A stretch of 64,000 nucleotides of DNA from Blastocatellia bacterium (GCA_963765495.1 CAVXWP010000001.1:64001-128000), one strand, 5' to 3'; positions 1 through 13,414 are shown, counted from the stretch's first letter. The notes: generated by a model from the letters alone, not told the origin. Numbers and translations: made by a program.

Positions 1-467
1 CCTGCCAGCAGCACTCTGGCCCCGTGCGCTTTTGCGCTTTCGATTATCCGGCCTAAATTCTTCTTCATTTCGGAAACGGGCTGGCCCCGCAAAATGTCGT
101 TGGCCCCGAGTTCCAGTATGACTACCTTTACATCGCCTTCGAGCGACCAATCAATCCGCCGCACTCCGCCTGCCGAGGTGTCGCCCGAAACGCCCGCGTT
201 TACAACTTCGTAGTCGTATCCGTCAGCCTCAATCTTCTTTTGCAGAAGCGACGGATAACTCTCGGCGGGCTGAAGACCGTAACCCGCCGTCAGGCTGTCG
301 CCGAATGCGACTATCTTCGCTGAACTCTTATCGGGAGCGCTCGAAGCAGCAGGGGGTGACGTACCTGCGCCCGGTTGCGGGGCCTCGGGTTTTTCCGCCT
401 CTTTGCCCCCACAGGCGGCAAGCCCCAAAAACGTCAATAAGAAAATGCAGAGTAGAAAATTTCTCAT
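1..467 (-). CDS. tesA: GDSL/SGNH arylesterase (TesA-like) lipoprotein, runs off the window start
   Basis: Manual translation from ATG at 467: MRNFLLCIFLLTFLGLAAC (lipobox), then KIVAFGDSLTAGYGL, VVNAGVSGDTSAGG, ILELGANDILRG (SGNH blocks I-III). Not in the ORF track. Confidence 0.9.
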   Translation of the reverse strand, partial: MRNFLLCIFLLTFLGLAACGGKEAEKPEAPQPGAGTSPPAASSAPDKSSAKIVAFGDSLTAGYGLQPAESYPSLLQKKIEADGYDYEVVNAGVSGDTSAGGVRRIDWSLEGDVKVVILELGANDILRGQPVSEMKKNLGRIIESAKAHGARVLLA

Positions 468-554
468 GATTGATTTTCCCGATGCTCGTTTCAGGGATGA
501 AGAGGCTGTCTTCGGCGGTTTACCGGAAGTATTGCCGAAAGAGTCAGGAAGAGA

Positions 555-821
555 TTACTGAAACATGTCGGGGCTGATTTCGAGCGCTACCTCCGATATC
601 TTATGTATCGAAGCGCCGGTCCTGCGGGCGTGTTCGAATAACGCCTCGGGATTTGGCGCATCGTATTCACAATACATTTTACCCTCTGCCTCTGAGACGT
701 AGCTTTTGACCCAGATTACGTCCGGCATGTCTGCTAATACTTTATTAGATTTTCTGGCCGCAGCCTCTAAGGCTTCTCTCGACATAGGAGGCACGATCCG
801 CTCAATGATATATCGAGGCAT
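555..821 (-). CDS. DUF4242 / SCO4226-like small protein
   Basis: MPRYIIER...WVKSYVS...KMYCEYDAPNPEALFEHARRTG...ISEV pattern typical of DUF4242. Confidence 0.8.
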   Translation of the reverse strand: MPRYIIERIVPPMSREALEAAARKSNKVLADMPDVIWVKSYVSEAEGKMYCEYDAPNPEALFEHARRTGASIHKISEVALEISPDMFQ

Positions 822-849
822 TCTTTACTCCTTATTGAAACAGAAATTG

Positions 850-3800
850 TCAGGCCGGCGATAACCGCCAACAGGCCTCTTTTAGCTCTTCATTCTCTAT
901 CTCTTCGGCAATATTAAGAGCTTCGATGAGGAAGGCGTTGGCCCGGGTTTTCTCTTCCTTGGAGAGAAACAGGCTGGCTATATGATGTAGCATCCATCCC
1001 TCACCTTTACGGTCGCCGAGCTCTTGTCTGAGGGCCAGAGATTTCTGATACTCTTCAAGCGCCCGATCAAATGATTTCCTTTCCTTCAACACATCTCCGA
1101 GGGCCGCGAGCGTATGTCCCTCAAGGAGCCTTTGCCCGCATTCGCGATGAACCTGAACGGCTTCTTCAAGCCTCTCTATCGCCTCATCGCTTCGCCCCAT
1201 TCTATTCAGTGTAACGCCTATGCTGCTGAGCATCAATCCTGCGTGCACGCTGTTGTTTGACTCCTGAAAAATTTTCAGCGCTTTTGTGTAGCGCTCAAGC
1301 GCCTTACCGAAATTGCCCCTCTCCCACTCTATGATGCCCATCGAGTTTAGAAGGTCTCCCTCTTTGGCCGCATCATTGAGACCTACAGCCAGTGCCAAAG
1401 CCTCTTCATAATATTTGAGCGCCTGCTCGGGGTCTTTTGCCTGTTTTCTTGTGAGTCGCGCCATTTCCTGTAGCGCTTTTATCTCGCCGGCTCGGTCGCC
1501 TTGTCTGATTTGCAGATGCCTGATCTTATCCCAGGTCGCAAGGGTCTCAGCGTAGTTTGCGGGCGAGTGCTCGTATACGTAAGAAATGGCAACGAGCGTC
1601 TTGAGCTCATTTCCCTCATCTCCGAATTTAGAGAAGAGAGCAGCCGCCTCCAGCAGATGAGTGAGCGCCTCTTCATATCTGCCAAGTTCGGCCAGACGCT
1701 GCCCCAGGGCGTTTAAGGTTGTGGTCAGATCACGCCTCATATTCAATTCTCGTGTCAAAGTTATAATCTGATTATAGAGGTCAATACATTTGTCGGTTTC
1801 CCCCTGTTCCCAGGCCAGGTTTGCCATAGCGTTGAGCATAAAAGCTATCTCGATTCGCCTGTGAGTTTCCAGGTCGATATTGAGGGCTCTCTGGAAATAT
1901 TCGGCGACCTTTTCCATTTCGCCCAGATCGCGGTATGCATTCGCGGCGATATAAAGAGTGTGAGGCAGGTCGGACATTCTTCCGAGCGATTGCATGGTCT
2001 GGAGGGCCTCCTCCAGATAAATCAGAGCGCCCTTCGGATTGCCGCTGCTGCGAAGGATTGCGCCCATATTTGTAAGGTCCTGTGCGCGCCCGATTGCATC
2101 GTCTTCGGCCTGATCGATGGCCAGCGCGGCTTCGCTACAGGAAATCGCGTCTTCATAGCTATTACGGTTCCAGTATAAAAAACCGAGGCTTCGCAGGGCC
2201 TTGCGTTCCCCGGTTCGATCACCCAGAGCCTGCCGTATGTCGAGCGATTTATTGAGCGTAATCTCAGCCTCTTCAAAACGGCCCAGCAGCGTAAATAACT
2301 CCCCCTGGCGGATGTAGACTTCGGCCAGAAGCGTCTGATCGTTTGCGGGGTCGAGAAGCGAGAGTATACGGTCGATGAGCGATTGCTGCCGGTCACGAAA
2401 TCCGAGCGTTTCGCACTGGCGTTCCTGCCGCAAAAGTATGCTGATCAGTTCTTCTTTTCGCTCTCTGGTTTCGGGTTGCTTCAATAACCATTCCTCAACC
2501 TGTTCCAGCAGCTTGAGCGCCTCGACAAAATGGCTCAGACCGTCAGCCTTGTTAGCGGATTGGCTTCCGTATCGCGCGGCCTTCGCCCAGTTCTCGGCCC
2601 GGCTGAAATGATGGGTCAAAACATCGAACCACTCTTCCAGACGGTCGCCGTATAACTGTTCGATGGCGCAGCCAATGGCTTCGTGGAGCGATTTACGCTG
2701 GTGTAAAAGCAGGCTCTCGTATGCCACTTCCTGCGTGAGAACATGCTTGAAACGATAGGCTGCCTCGGGCAGGATACGGATTTGCTGAATCAGCCCGATT
2801 CTCTGAAGCGTCTCGAGTGATTCGGCCGATTGTTCCTTATCGTCAAGAGTCCGCTCAAGCACCCGTCGACTAAATTCCCGCCCTATTGCCGAGGCATGAC
2901 GGAGTATCTTCCGAGCCTTCGGGGCCAGGCGGTCAAGACGCGCTCGGATCACGGCCTGTACGGTGCCCGGGAGGTGCAATTCTTCGAGCGCGCCCCGAAG
3001 GATTGCCCATCCATCTATGACTTGAACTTTTTCGTCCTCGACGAGTGTCCGGCAAACCTCCTCGATAAAGAAAGGGTTTCCACCCGTTCGGTTATAGAGA
3101 AATTCGCCGAGGCCGTCCGGCAATTCGTCTGCTCCGAAGACCGACCCGGCTATGCTGATCGCAGACCCGGCTTCAAGAGGTCCCAGGTGAAGCGGCGTAT
3201 GAGAACTGACCCAGCCCCATTCAAGAGAAATCTCCGGGCGATAGGTTGCGACTATCATCAAAGGATATGCCGACAGCATCCCGGCAAGTTTCTTGAGGGC
3301 TTCTGCCGAGCCCTCATCGGCCCAGTGCCAGTCCTCAAGAAAAATGATCAGAGGGCCGCGCCGCGCCTTCAATGTAAAAATGGCCGAAAGCGCCTCCTGT
3401 ACCTCCAGCCTTAATTCCTTGCCCACCAGGTGGTGGGGAAGAGAGTGGTCGTTGCTTTGAATCGAGAGCAGATGCAGGTAAAGAGGGAGGTATTGTTTCA
3501 AATTCTCGTCTATCGCGGATATGTTTGTAACGGCCCGCTCAAGCAATTGAGCGGTAGACTCTTTTTCCTGTAGATCGAGCAAGTCTTTGAGAGCATCAAT
3601 AAAAGGCAAATAGGGTATGTTGCCTCTGTAGGACTGGCATCGTCCGAGCAGGACCGAAATATGGTCCTGTTTGAGAGTGTGGCGGAATTCAAGCAGCAGG
3701 CGGCTTTTACCGACTCCGGCATCACCCGCCACGGTCAAAAACTGTCCTTCCCCAAGCAGAACTTTTTCAAGCGCCGAGTGCAGCAGGGTCATCTCTTTTT

Positions 3801-5751
3801 CCCGGCCCGTATATTTCGTAAGCCCGAGAAGTTCGGCCGCATCGAGCCTGGTATCGGCTCCCGACCCTCCGGCAATGCGATAACTTGTCGCGGGCGGGCC
3901 GTCGGGTTTCAAGGAAAACGGCTCTTTTGCTTCGGTGTGAAAGTAAGGCGTAACGAGCCGCCGGGTCTCCGGGCTTACGAGGATTTCGTCTAAGTCCGCG
4001 TGGGCGGCCAGACGCGCTGCAATTTGGAAAGCCTCCCCCGTTTTCTTGCTTTTCTGGCCTCTCTTATTACGCTGACGGGTTACGACCGGCCCTGTGCTTA
4101 TGCCCGTGTAGAGTCGCACAGGGCGGCCTGCGCGTGATTCGAAATCGGCGCAGATCTCTCGCACCATTGCGTGCAACTCAAGACAGGCGCGGACGGCGCG
4201 CAAAGAATCATCCTCGTAGCTTACGGGAATTCCAAAAAGCGCGATGATCTCTTCCCCGGAGAAATGGTCTACCGCCCCGTTATAGCTTTCCATTATCTCA
4301 TCGGCGGAATCGCGGATACGGTTCGTCAATTTTTCAAACTCTTCGGGGTCCAACTGCTCTGCCAGGGCTGCGTAACCGGAAAGGTTAGAGCATACAATCG
4401 TCGCCTGTCGGCGCTCGGCCCCGGTCAAAGACAGAGGCGATATCTCTTCGGTGGCCTTTATTGCCAGAGCTTGCGTGTCGGAAATTTTTTCCGGTTGAGA
4501 GGTTATGATACTCTGCCCGCACAGGCCGCAAAAGTGACTGTCGTGGCGGACTTCTTCTCCACAACCGGGGCAGATCTTTTTCAACGACGCTCCGCACTTG
4601 CTGCAAAAGGCGAAATCGAGAGGATTTTCATGCGCGCACTCGGGGCAAAAAAGAACCTTCCAGGCCATCCCCAATTCCATTTCACGGCTGAGGTTCTTCA
4701 GATCGAGGTGGAGGTCCTTTACCGTTTGATATCGCTCCATTCGGTCTTTCGCCAGAGCTTTTCTCAGAATCCTCTCAAATTCGGCGGGAACGTTTTCGAC
4801 GAATCGAGCCAGCGGGGCAGGCTCTTTTTCCAGTATGGCTACTACGCAATCGCTCGTCGTCTTGCTTTGAAAAGCCTTTTTCCCGGTGGCCATTTCATAA
4901 AGCGTAGAGCCGAGACTGAAGATGTCGCTGCGCGCGTCCAGATCGAACCCGCGCACCTGCTCCGGCGACATATAAGAGACAGTGCCCATCACAACTCCCG
5001 TATCGGTCCTGACCTGTTCTGTCTTTGACAGATGCGTGTGGTTTGCGGAATCCGGTTCTTCGGTGAGTTTTGCAAGACCGAAATCGAGCACCTTTACAAA
5101 CCCGTCGGGTCTGAGCATTACGTTTTCCGGTTTTATGTCGCGATGGATTATCCCGGCTTGATGAGCCGCCGAGAGTGCGATAGCGATTTGCGCAGCCGTG
5201 TCTATCGCCTCGCGCAATGTAAAGGGCGCGCGTCTGAGGCGTTCGCGCACCGTTTCGCCTTCGACGAATTCGGTGGCGATAAATTCCAGGTCGTTACTGT
5301 GCCCGATTTCATAAATGGTGAGGATATTCGGATGATTCAGAGCGGATGCGGCGCGGGCCTCCTGCTCGAAACGCCGCACCCGTTCGGTGTCTTCCGTGAA
5401 CCGGGATGACAGAAGCTTTATTGCGACCGGGCGACCGAGTTTATCGTCACGGGCGAGATAGACCTCTCCCATCCCGCCCGTGGCAATCAAAGACAGAATC
5501 AGGTACCGCCCTATCTGTTGCCCGACAACGTGCGAACCTCTTTCGCTATCGACCCACTCGGCCGCAACCGCGCCCGGCAGCGCCGCCGTCGTGTGAGCTT
5601 TTTCATCCGACGCAAGAAGGGATTCGACCTCACGGCGCAACGTTGCGTCACCGGCGCAGGCGCTTTCGAGGAATGCAGCGCGCTCTTCGGGCTTGCGCTC
5701 GATCGCGGCGTTAAACACCCTGTCTATCTGTCGCCATCGTTCAGGCTTCAT
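850..5751 (-). CDS. Ser/Thr kinase fused to double zinc ribbon, class III cyclase-like domain, AAA/STAND ATPase and TPR repeats
   Basis: [27 protein letters not shown] kinase motifs; CPEC/CSKC/CPGC/CGLC; ERRQATIV...AARL cyclase-like region; Walker A GDAGVGKS and LEDWHWAD; C-terminal TPRs. Confidence 0.9.
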   Translation of the reverse strand: MKPERWRQIDRVFNAAIERKPEERAAFLESACAGDATLRREVESLLASDEKAHTTAALPGAVAAEWVDSERGSHVVGQQIGRYLILSLIATGGMGEVYLARDDKLGRPVAIKLLSSRFTEDTERVRRFEQEARAASALNHPNILTIYEIGHSNDLEFIATEFVEGETVRERLRRAPFTLREAIDTAAQIAIALSAAHQAGIIHRDIKPENVMLRPDGFVKVLDFGLAKLTEEPDSANHTHLSKTEQVRTDTGVVMGTVSYMSPEQVRGFDLDARSDIFSLGSTLYEMATGKKAFQSKTTSDCVVAILEKEPAPLARFVENVPAEFERILRKALAKDRMERYQTVKDLHLDLKNLSREMELGMAWKVLFCPECAHENPLDFAFCSKCGASLKKICPGCGEEVRHDSHFCGLCGQSIITSQPEKISDTQALAIKATEEISPLSLTGAERRQATIVCSNLSGYAALAEQLDPEEFEKLTNRIRDSADEIMESYNGAVDHFSGEEIIALFGIPVSYEDDSLRAVRACLELHAMVREICADFESRAGRPVRLYTGISTGPVVTRQRNKRGQKSKKTGEAFQIAARLAAHADLDEILVSPETRRLVTPYFHTEAKEPFSLKPDGPPATSYRIAGGSGADTRLDAAELLGLTKYTGREKEMTLLHSALEKVLLGEGQFLTVAGDAGVGKSRLLLEFRHTLKQDHISVLLGRCQSYRGNIPYLPFIDALKDLLDLQEKESTAQLLERAVTNISAIDENLKQYLPLYLHLLSIQSNDHSLPHHLVGKELRLEVQEALSAIFTLKARRGPLIIFLEDWHWADEGSAEALKKLAGMLSAYPLMIVATYRPEISLEWGWVSSHTPLHLGPLEAGSAISIAGSVFGADELPDGLGEFLYNRTGGNPFFIEEVCRTLVEDEKVQVIDGWAILRGALEELHLPGTVQAVIRARLDRLAPKARKILRHASAIGREFSRRVLERTLDDKEQSAESLETLQRIGLIQQIRILPEAAYRFKHVLTQEVAYESLLLHQRKSLHEAIGCAIEQLYGDRLEEWFDVLTHHFSRAENWAKAARYGSQSANKADGLSHFVEALKLLEQVEEWLLKQPETRERKEELISILLRQERQCETLGFRDRQQSLIDRILSLLDPANDQTLLAEVYIRQGELFTLLGRFEEAEITLNKSLDIRQALGDRTGERKALRSLGFLYWNRNSYEDAISCSEAALAIDQAEDDAIGRAQDLTNMGAILRSSGNPKGALIYLEEALQTMQSLGRMSDLPHTLYIAANAYRDLGEMEKVAEYFQRALNIDLETHRRIEIAFMLNAMANLAWEQGETDKCIDLYNQIITLTRELNMRRDLTTTLNALGQRLAELGRYEEALTHLLEAAALFSKFGDEGNELKTLVAISYVYEHSPANYAETLATWDKIRHLQIRQGDRAGEIKALQEMARLTRKQAKDPEQALKYYEEALALAVGLNDAAKEGDLLNSMGIIEWERGNFGKALERYTKALKIFQESNNSVHAGLMLSSIGVTLNRMGRSDEAIERLEEAVQVHRECGQRLLEGHTLAALGDVLKERKSFDRALEEYQKSLALRQELGDRKGEGWMLHHIASLFLSKEEKTRANAFLIEALNIAEEIENEELKEACWRLSPA

Positions 5752-6325
5752 CGCTTTCCCCTTGATTCAGCTCGCGATAGAGCCATGCTTTTGCCATCCG
5801 CCACTCGCGCATGACAGTAGCCCGCGATATTTTGAGAACTTCGGCCGTCTCTTCAACGCTCAACCCGCCAAAGAATCTCAATTCCGCTATCCGACTCTTC
5901 CTTTCGTCAACAGCCTCAAGTGCCTTCAGCGCATCGTCGAGCGCAAGTAACTCGGCAGCCCGCTCATCCGAGACAACCAGGGCCTCGTCAAGCGGCACCT
6001 GGTTTGCCCCGCCTCCCCGCTTTGCGACTTTGCGGGCGCGAGCATGGTCGATCAGAATCATTCGCATCAATTGAGCAGCTACGGCAAAAAAATGCGCGCG
6101 GTTTTGCCATTGCATCTCTCTCTCGTTGATCATTTTGAGATAAGCTTCATTGACGAGCGCGCTCGTTTGCAGAGTGTGGCCTTCGCGCTCTCGCCTCATA
6201 TGACGGCGCGCGAGCCTTCGCAGTTCTTCATAAACAAGCGGCATCAATTTGTCGAGAGCGGCTCGACTCCCATTGCCCCATTCGACGAGCAACTGGGTGA
6301 CCTCTTGAGACGAAGGCGTCGTCAT
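5741..6325 (-). CDS. ECF sigma factor of the Ser/Thr-kinase-associated type
   Basis: [62 protein letters not shown]. Start placed at ATG 6325 after GGAGG; overlaps the kinase start. Confidence 0.9.
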   Translation of the reverse strand: MTTPSSQEVTQLLVEWGNGSRAALDKLMPLVYEELRRLARRHMRREREGHTLQTSALVNEAYLKMINEREMQWQNRAHFFAVAAQLMRMILIDHARARKVAKRGGGANQVPLDEALVVSDERAAELLALDDALKALEAVDERKSRIAELRFFGGLSVEETAEVLKISRATVMREWRMAKAWLYRELNQGESDEA

Positions 6326-6556
6326 TTCACATCCTCCACAGTCGATGCGTTTCAGCCAAAAATTCCCCAAATTATAGCACTCTTGAGCGCTCCGCGTCTG
6401 CTTTGATCCGAAGACTTCTGAAAAAAACATCGCGCGCGGTGATATTTTTCGACTTCATTTCTCGCATAAATAAACGAGGACAAAAACAAAGTAATCGGGT
6501 TCGGGTAGTCTTTGAACGCAACGAAATGGATAGAGATCACAAAGGAGATAATTGTA

Positions 6557-7615
6557 ATGGCAATCAATGAAGAGAAACTAAACCAGTTCGTACATAAGGC
6601 TGTTTGCGACATCGGCGCTACATATAGCGCGGCTTTGATGGTCATCGGAGAAGAGCTTGGGCTTTACAAAGCCATGGCAGAGCTAGGCCCGGTGACATCG
6701 CAACAACTGGCCCGCAGCACGGATACATCGGAAAGATACGTGCGCGAATGGCTGGCCGCACAGGCCGCGGGCGGGTATGCCGGTTATGATGCCGAAACGG
6801 AGTGCTACAGTCTCTCGGAAGAACAGGCTTTTGCGCTTGCCGATGAGAACAGCCCCGCCTATTTGCCGGGCGGATTTCTCATAGCTGTTTCGGCCTTGCG
6901 AATAGTGCCCAAAATCATCGAGGCCTTCAGGACAGGAGAAGGAGTCGGCTGGCACGAGCACGACCCGGGGATGTTTCGCGGCGTGGAAAGTTTCTTCCGC
7001 CCCGGCTATCGGGTTAACCTCATGAACTCGTGGATACCGGCGCTTGCGGGCGTTCAGGCGAAGCTCGAACAGGGAGCCTCTGTGGCTGATGTCGGATGCG
7101 GTCACGGCGCTTCTACGATTTTGATGGCGCAGGCTTTCCCAAATTCCCGCTTTGCCGGATTCGATTTTCACGAGCCTTCGATCAAACGGGCGCGCGAGGC
7201 GGCCAGTGACGCGGGCGTATCTGATCGAGTGAAATTCGAGGTGGCACGATCCCACGAATACCCGGGCGATGGATATGATCTGGTCGCGGTCTTTGATTGT
7301 CTGCACGACATGGGCGATCCCGTAGGAGCGGCGGCTCACGTTTTGAAATCCCTCAACAAAGACGGCACCTGGATGATCGTCGAGCCCTACGCGGGCGATA
7401 AGGTGGAAGATAATCTCAACCCCGTCGGACAGGTCTACTATGGAGCCTCTACGTTGATCTGCACGCCCGCGTCGCTTGCGCAGGATGTCGGGCTCGCGCT
7501 TGGAGCGCAGGCCGGAGAGGCTCGATTGCGCGCGGTTACTGAAAAAGGCGGATTCACTCGATTTCGACGAGCAGCCGAGACGCCCTTCAATATCGTGTTT
7601 GAAGCGCGGCCTTAG
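6557..7615 (+). CDS. Class I SAM-dependent methyltransferase with N-terminal winged helix (Rv2258c-like)
   Basis: ERYVREWL HTH region, VADVGCGHG SAM motif, FDCLHDMGDP; AAGGAG precedes ATG 6557. Confidence 0.88.
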   Translation: MAINEEKLNQFVHKAVCDIGATYSAALMVIGEELGLYKAMAELGPVTSQQLARSTDTSERYVREWLAAQAAGGYAGYDAETECYSLSEEQAFALADENSPAYLPGGFLIAVSALRIVPKIIEAFRTGEGVGWHEHDPGMFRGVESFFRPGYRVNLMNSWIPALAGVQAKLEQGASVADVGCGHGASTILMAQAFPNSRFAGFDFHEPSIKRAREAASDAGVSDRVKFEVARSHEYPGDGYDLVAVFDCLHDMGDPVGAAAHVLKSLNKDGTWMIVEPYAGDKVEDNLNPVGQVYYGASTLICTPASLAQDVGLALGAQAGEARLRAVTEKGGFTRFRRAAETPFNIVFEARP

Positions 7616-7641
7616 TCTTCCGCACAGAATGTAAATGCATG

Positions 7642-7749
7642 GTGATGCGTGAAGAGTGATCCGTGATTAACCAGGCTTGCAAGGTGTCTTAAACCAGCGG
7701 TCTGTCTAAAAGTCACGCATCACGCAACACGCATCACTCTTCACGCGTC
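7642..7749. repeat. Family A intergenic element: (GTGATGC)n arms inverted around a ~50-nt conserved core
   Basis: gtgatgcgtgaagagtgatccgtgat ... gtcacgcatcacgcaacacgcatcactcttcacgc; core resembles copies at 14611, 39126 and 44946. Confidence 0.85.
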
Positions 7750-8019
7750 CGTCCCGGCCTATTCCCATTCGCCTTTCGCCCAAGTTCCCCTTCAATATGC
7801 TCATTGCCGATTGTAAGCAGGCAGAAACTCAATCCCTCTATAAGTTTGATTCTCGCTTTGTGCTTTGCTGTCTATGACCTCGCTTGTTTGTTATTATCCA
7901 TAATAGTGTAGCGGATAAGGAATGACAGCCAGTGGGAAGCAAAACAGTATAAAAGCCGGTAAAGCATAGAATTGATTTGCTCTTGCTGTCGGATGATTTT
8001 TGTTGTCGCGTTTGTGATT

Positions 8020-8742
8020 ATGATTGAATTAAAGAACGTTTCAAAGACCGTGCCTTCGGGCGATGAGATGCTTACTATTCTTCACGCGCTCGACCTGATT
8101 ATTCCCGACGGACAATTCGTTTCGATAGTAGGCCCCTCGGGCAGCGGGAAATCGACCTTGCTCGGGCTGATAGCCGGGCTCGATGCGCCGAGCGCAGGCG
8201 AAATCCGCATTGACGGCCAGTCGATAACCGATATGGACGAGGACCGATTAGCCGAACTCCGTGGCGAGAAAATCGGTTTTATCTTTCAATCATTTCATCT
8301 GATACCGTCGCTTACCGCGCTCGAAAACGTCCTGGTTCCAATGGAGATCGCGGGCGTGCGCGACCCTCTGGCGCGGGCCAACAGCCTGCTTAATGATGTA
8401 GACCTGGCTGCGCGCGCGCACCATTACCCGGCACAGCTATCGGGCGGCGAGAAGCAGCGCATAGCCATTGCCCGCGCCTTTGCAAATGAGCCGACTATTT
8501 TGCTTGCCGATGAGCCTACCGGAAATCTCGATTCGCGAAACGGTCATCACGTCTTCGAATTGATGGTCGAATTGAACCGCAAGCACAGGACCACACTCGT
8601 ACTGGTCACGCACGACCACGAGCTTGCCTCGCTTGCCGACCGCTCGATCTCTCTCCGAGACGGTCGCGTAGTCGATGACACCCACGCTCCGTCTCTCGAC
8701 GTAGAACCGGGCGGCACAGCAGTAGAGGCGAGCAGACCATGA
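8020..8742 (+). CDS. ybbA: ABC transporter ATP-binding protein (YbbA/LolD-like)
   Basis: [32 protein letters not shown]. Confidence 0.88.
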   Translation: MIELKNVSKTVPSGDEMLTILHALDLIIPDGQFVSIVGPSGSGKSTLLGLIAGLDAPSAGEIRIDGQSITDMDEDRLAELRGEKIGFIFQSFHLIPSLTALENVLVPMEIAGVRDPLARANSLLNDVDLAARAHHYPAQLSGGEKQRIAIARAFANEPTILLADEPTGNLDSRNGHHVFELMVELNRKHRTTLVLVTHDHELASLADRSISLRDGRVVDDTHAPSLDVEPGGTAVEASRP

Positions 8743-11264
8743 AGTTCATCTTTCAAATGGCGCGGCGCGAGATGCGGTCTTCCTGGCGAAGGCTGCTCTT
8801 CTTTTTTATCTGCATCGCAATCGGCGTGGGAGCCATCGTGGCTCTCCGCTCCATGATTCAAAACGTAAACAGCGCGGTTTCGGGCGAGGCTCGCTCGCTG
8901 CTTACGGCAGACGTGCGAATAGACAGCGACCGCCCGTGGAAGCCGGAAACGCTCGCCGTTATTGATCGCATAGCCCAGCCGCCGCTGGTCGTCGCAAGGG
9001 TCGAAACCATTGAATCGGCCACGATGCTGCGCCCTGCCGATCCTCAGCACGAAGGCGCGTTGATGGTCGAGCTTAAAGGCATCGAGCCGCCTTTCCCGCT
9101 CGCCGGAGATTTCCGGCTCACCGACGGGCAACCGTTCGATTACTCGCTGATCGAAAACAACGGCGCGGTGGTCGCTTCGGCCCTGCTCGAACGATTGAGG
9201 CTTAAGATCGGAGACAAGGTAAAAATCGGCAACTCTACGTTCGAGATTCGCGGCGTTGTGGATGAAGAGCCGGGCGGCGGGGGCGGTTTTCGCCTGGGGC
9301 CGCGCGTCTTCATTGAGCGCGCCGCCGTAGCAAAAGCCGGGTTGACGGGATTCGGCAGCCGCGCGCGCCGTCGTATTTTTCTCATCGCTCAGGAAGGCAA
9401 GATGGAAACGCTCGCCGAAAAGCTGCGAGCGGAATTGAAGAACGATCTGGTCAATATCCGATCTTACAAAGACTCGCAGGAAAATCTGAATGAGCAGCTT
9501 TCCCGCGCCGAAGACTATCTCTCTTTGACCGGGCTTGTCATCCTGGTGCTTGGAGGGCTGGGGATTTCAAACGTCACGCGGGTCTTTGTCGAGCAGAAGA
9601 AAAGTACCATCGCTGTGCTCAAGTGCATCGGAGGAACAGGGCGCAAGATCATCGTGGTCTATCTGGTCCAGGTCATCGCGCTTGGACTGGCGGGCAGCCT
9701 GCTTGGCATCATCCTGGCCAGGGCAGCGCTGTTTTTTACTTCACAGTATTTCGCTGAAAGTTTGCCGGAAAACATGAGTTACGGTCTTCGCCCCGGCGCC
9801 GTAGCGCAAGGGCTCGGCGTAGGCATCCTGATTTCGATCCTCTTTTCCGCGCTGCCTCTTCTGCGTATTCGTCGCATAAAACCGAACGCGCTCCTGCGCG
9901 ATGAAGTGGAGATGAAGGGTCGCAAGTTCGATCTCCTCAGATGGGTGACGGGGTTTCTGGTACTCATAGGCTTGATACTTCTTGTTTCGTGGCAGGCCGG
10001 GTCGTTGCGCGTGGGTCTTTTCTTTCTCGCCTGCATCGCTGTTACGGCAGCAATCCTTCATCTGGGCGCGGGCCTGCTGATATTTCTGGTTCGCCGCGCC
10101 CGCCGGGTAAGCTCTTTTCCGCTCAGACAGGCGATCAGCAGCCTCTACAGGCCGGGCAATCAGACCCGAATCATCGTGATGGTCGTAGGGCTTGGAGTCT
10201 TTCTTGTAATCGCAATTCAATCGGTCCAATCGAACCTGATAAATGAATTCGATCTGGGCAGTCGCGGCGAACTGCCTAACATGTTTTTGATAGACATTCA
10301 GAAGGACCAGCAGGCGGGCGTGGAAGAATTGATAGAGCGGACCACGGGCCGACGCCAGTCGCTTGTGCCCACGGTGCGCGCTCGCATTGTCGCCGTGAAC
10401 GGCCGCGATGTGGATTTCAATCAAGAAGACATGAAACGAAATCGGGGCCTGCTCGGGCGCGAATACGTGGTGACTTACAGGGATCGGCTCGCGGAAAACG
10501 AAACCGTTATAGCAGGGAATTTCTGGAAGCCCGCGCCGTCGCCCGATCCCGAAATATCAATCGAAGAGAGCATGCAAGGCATGGCGGGGCTTGAGGTCGG
10601 TGGCACTATAACATTCGATATTCAGGGCCGAAAGATTACCGCTCGCGTGACAAGCGTCCGCAAGATAGACTGGCGCAACTCTCGCACGGGTTTCATGGTG
10701 CTGTTTCGCCCGGGCACGCTCGAAGATGCGCCGCAGATGTTGATAGGCGCGATCAACGGCCCGTCAGACGATCAGGAGCGATCCAGATTTCAGCGCGACC
10801 TTGTAGATAAGTATCCGAACGTCTCTATAATAGATGTCGCCGACATAGTCCGCACCATAAAGCGAATCATCGACAACATCACGCTGGCCGTCTCCTTCAT
10901 CGGCGGATTCGTTTTCCTGAGCGGCGCGCTGATACTGATAGGCTCGATAGCGATGACCAAGTTCCAACGCACCTATGAGGCGGCTGTGCTGAAGACGCTC
11001 GGAGCGAAGCGCAAGACTCTGCTGATGATCTTAATTGCCGAGTACAGCCTGCTCGGACTTGTCGCGGGGGTGATCGGATCGCTCGGCGCGGTGGGGCTCT
11101 CCTATGCGATATCGCGATATGTCTTTGATATCCCCTGGAGCTTTACTCCGGTGATCAATTTCGCGGGCGTTGTGGGAACCGTGGCGATGGTAATTCTGGT
11201 AGGCACCGTCTCAACGATTGATGTGCTTTCAAGAAAACCGCTCGCGATCCTTCGCGGGCAGTAA
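8739..11264 (+). CDS. ybbP: ABC transporter permease, FtsX/MacB-type (YbbP-like)
   Basis: Two FtsX-like TM bundles, EARSLLTAD, PNMFLIDIQ, AVLKTLGA; overlaps the ATPase stop. Confidence 0.88.
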   Translation: MKFIFQMARREMRSSWRRLLFFFICIAIGVGAIVALRSMIQNVNSAVSGEARSLLTADVRIDSDRPWKPETLAVIDRIAQPPLVVARVETIESATMLRPADPQHEGALMVELKGIEPPFPLAGDFRLTDGQPFDYSLIENNGAVVASALLERLRLKIGDKVKIGNSTFEIRGVVDEEPGGGGGFRLGPRVFIERAAVAKAGLTGFGSRARRRIFLIAQEGKMETLAEKLRAELKNDLVNIRSYKDSQENLNEQLSRAEDYLSLTGLVILVLGGLGISNVTRVFVEQKKSTIAVLKCIGGTGRKIIVVYLVQVIALGLAGSLLGIILARAALFFTSQYFAESLPENMSYGLRPGAVAQGLGVGILISILFSALPLLRIRRIKPNALLRDEVEMKGRKFDLLRWVTGFLVLIGLILLVSWQAGSLRVGLFFLACIAVTAAILHLGAGLLIFLVRRARRVSSFPLRQAISSLYRPGNQTRIIVMVVGLGVFLVIAIQSVQSNLINEFDLGSRGELPNMFLIDIQKDQQAGVEELIERTTGRRQSLVPTVRARIVAVNGRDVDFNQEDMKRNRGLLGREYVVTYRDRLAENETVIAGNFWKPAPSPDPEISIEESMQGMAGLEVGGTITFDIQGRKITARVTSVRKIDWRNSRTGFMVLFRPGTLEDAPQMLIGAINGPSDDQERSRFQRDLVDKYPNVSIIDVADIVRTIKRIIDNITLAVSFIGGFVFLSGALILIGSIAMTKFQRTYEAAVLKTLGAKRKTLLMILIAEYSLLGLVAGVIGSLGAVGLSYAISRYVFDIPWSFTPVINFAGVVGTVAMVILVGTVSTIDVLSRKPLAILRGQ

Positions 11265-11298
11265 AAGAGCGACCAGTAAAAGAGCGGGCAGTAAAAGA
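11254..11298 (+). repeat. Three tandem 15-bp units spanning the ybbP stop codon
   Basis: gcgggcagtaaaaga / gcgaccagtaaaaga / gcgggcagtaaaaga. Confidence 0.85.
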
Positions 11299-11329
11299 AA
11301 GGCCCCGTCTTTTTAAGACAGGGCCTTTC
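11297..11329 (-). terminator. Intrinsic terminator between convergent groEL and ybbP
   Basis: gaaaggccccgtct-tttt-aagacagggcctttc hairpin; the A-rich left flank gives a U-rich tail on the minus strand. Confidence 0.75.
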
Positions 11330-11357
11330 GGTTGCCTCGGGGTTGCGCGGAAACGAA

Positions 11358-13001
<1,644 letters not shown>

Positions 13002-13010
13002 TTAGAAAAT

Positions 13011-13346
13011 CTATTTGCTTTTGCCTTTTGCCTTGGGTGTCTCACTTGCGCCGGCCCTCTCGATTATGCCGAGAATGTCGTCCTCGCGCATGATCAGATA
13101 CTCTTCGCCGTCGAGCTTGACTTCGGTGCCCGCGTATTTGCCGAAAAGCACCCGGTCGCCCGCCTGAACGTCCAGCGTCAGGCGCTCACCGCTGTCGAGC
13201 CTCTTGCCCTGGCCGACGGCGATTACCTCGCCTTCCTGCGGCTTTTCTTTGGCAGAATCGGGGATGATGATCCCACCCCTGACTTGCTCCGCCTCTTCGA
13301 TCCTCTTGATGATCACTCTATCCTGTAGTGGTGTTATCCTTGACAT
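13011..13346 (-). CDS. groS: Co-chaperonin GroES
   Basis: [34 protein letters not shown]; start at MSRITP. Confidence 0.97.
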   Translation of the reverse strand: MSRITPLQDRVIIKRIEEAEQVRGGIIIPDSAKEKPQEGEVIAVGQGKRLDSGERLTLDVQAGDRVLFGKYAGTEVKLDGEEYLIMREDDILGIIERAGASETPKAKGKSK

Positions 13347-13414
13347 GTGAATTCTCACACTCCTTTCCTTTGAATAATAGCCGCGCGATTATTAGGTGTA
13401 GTCATACAGTCGCG

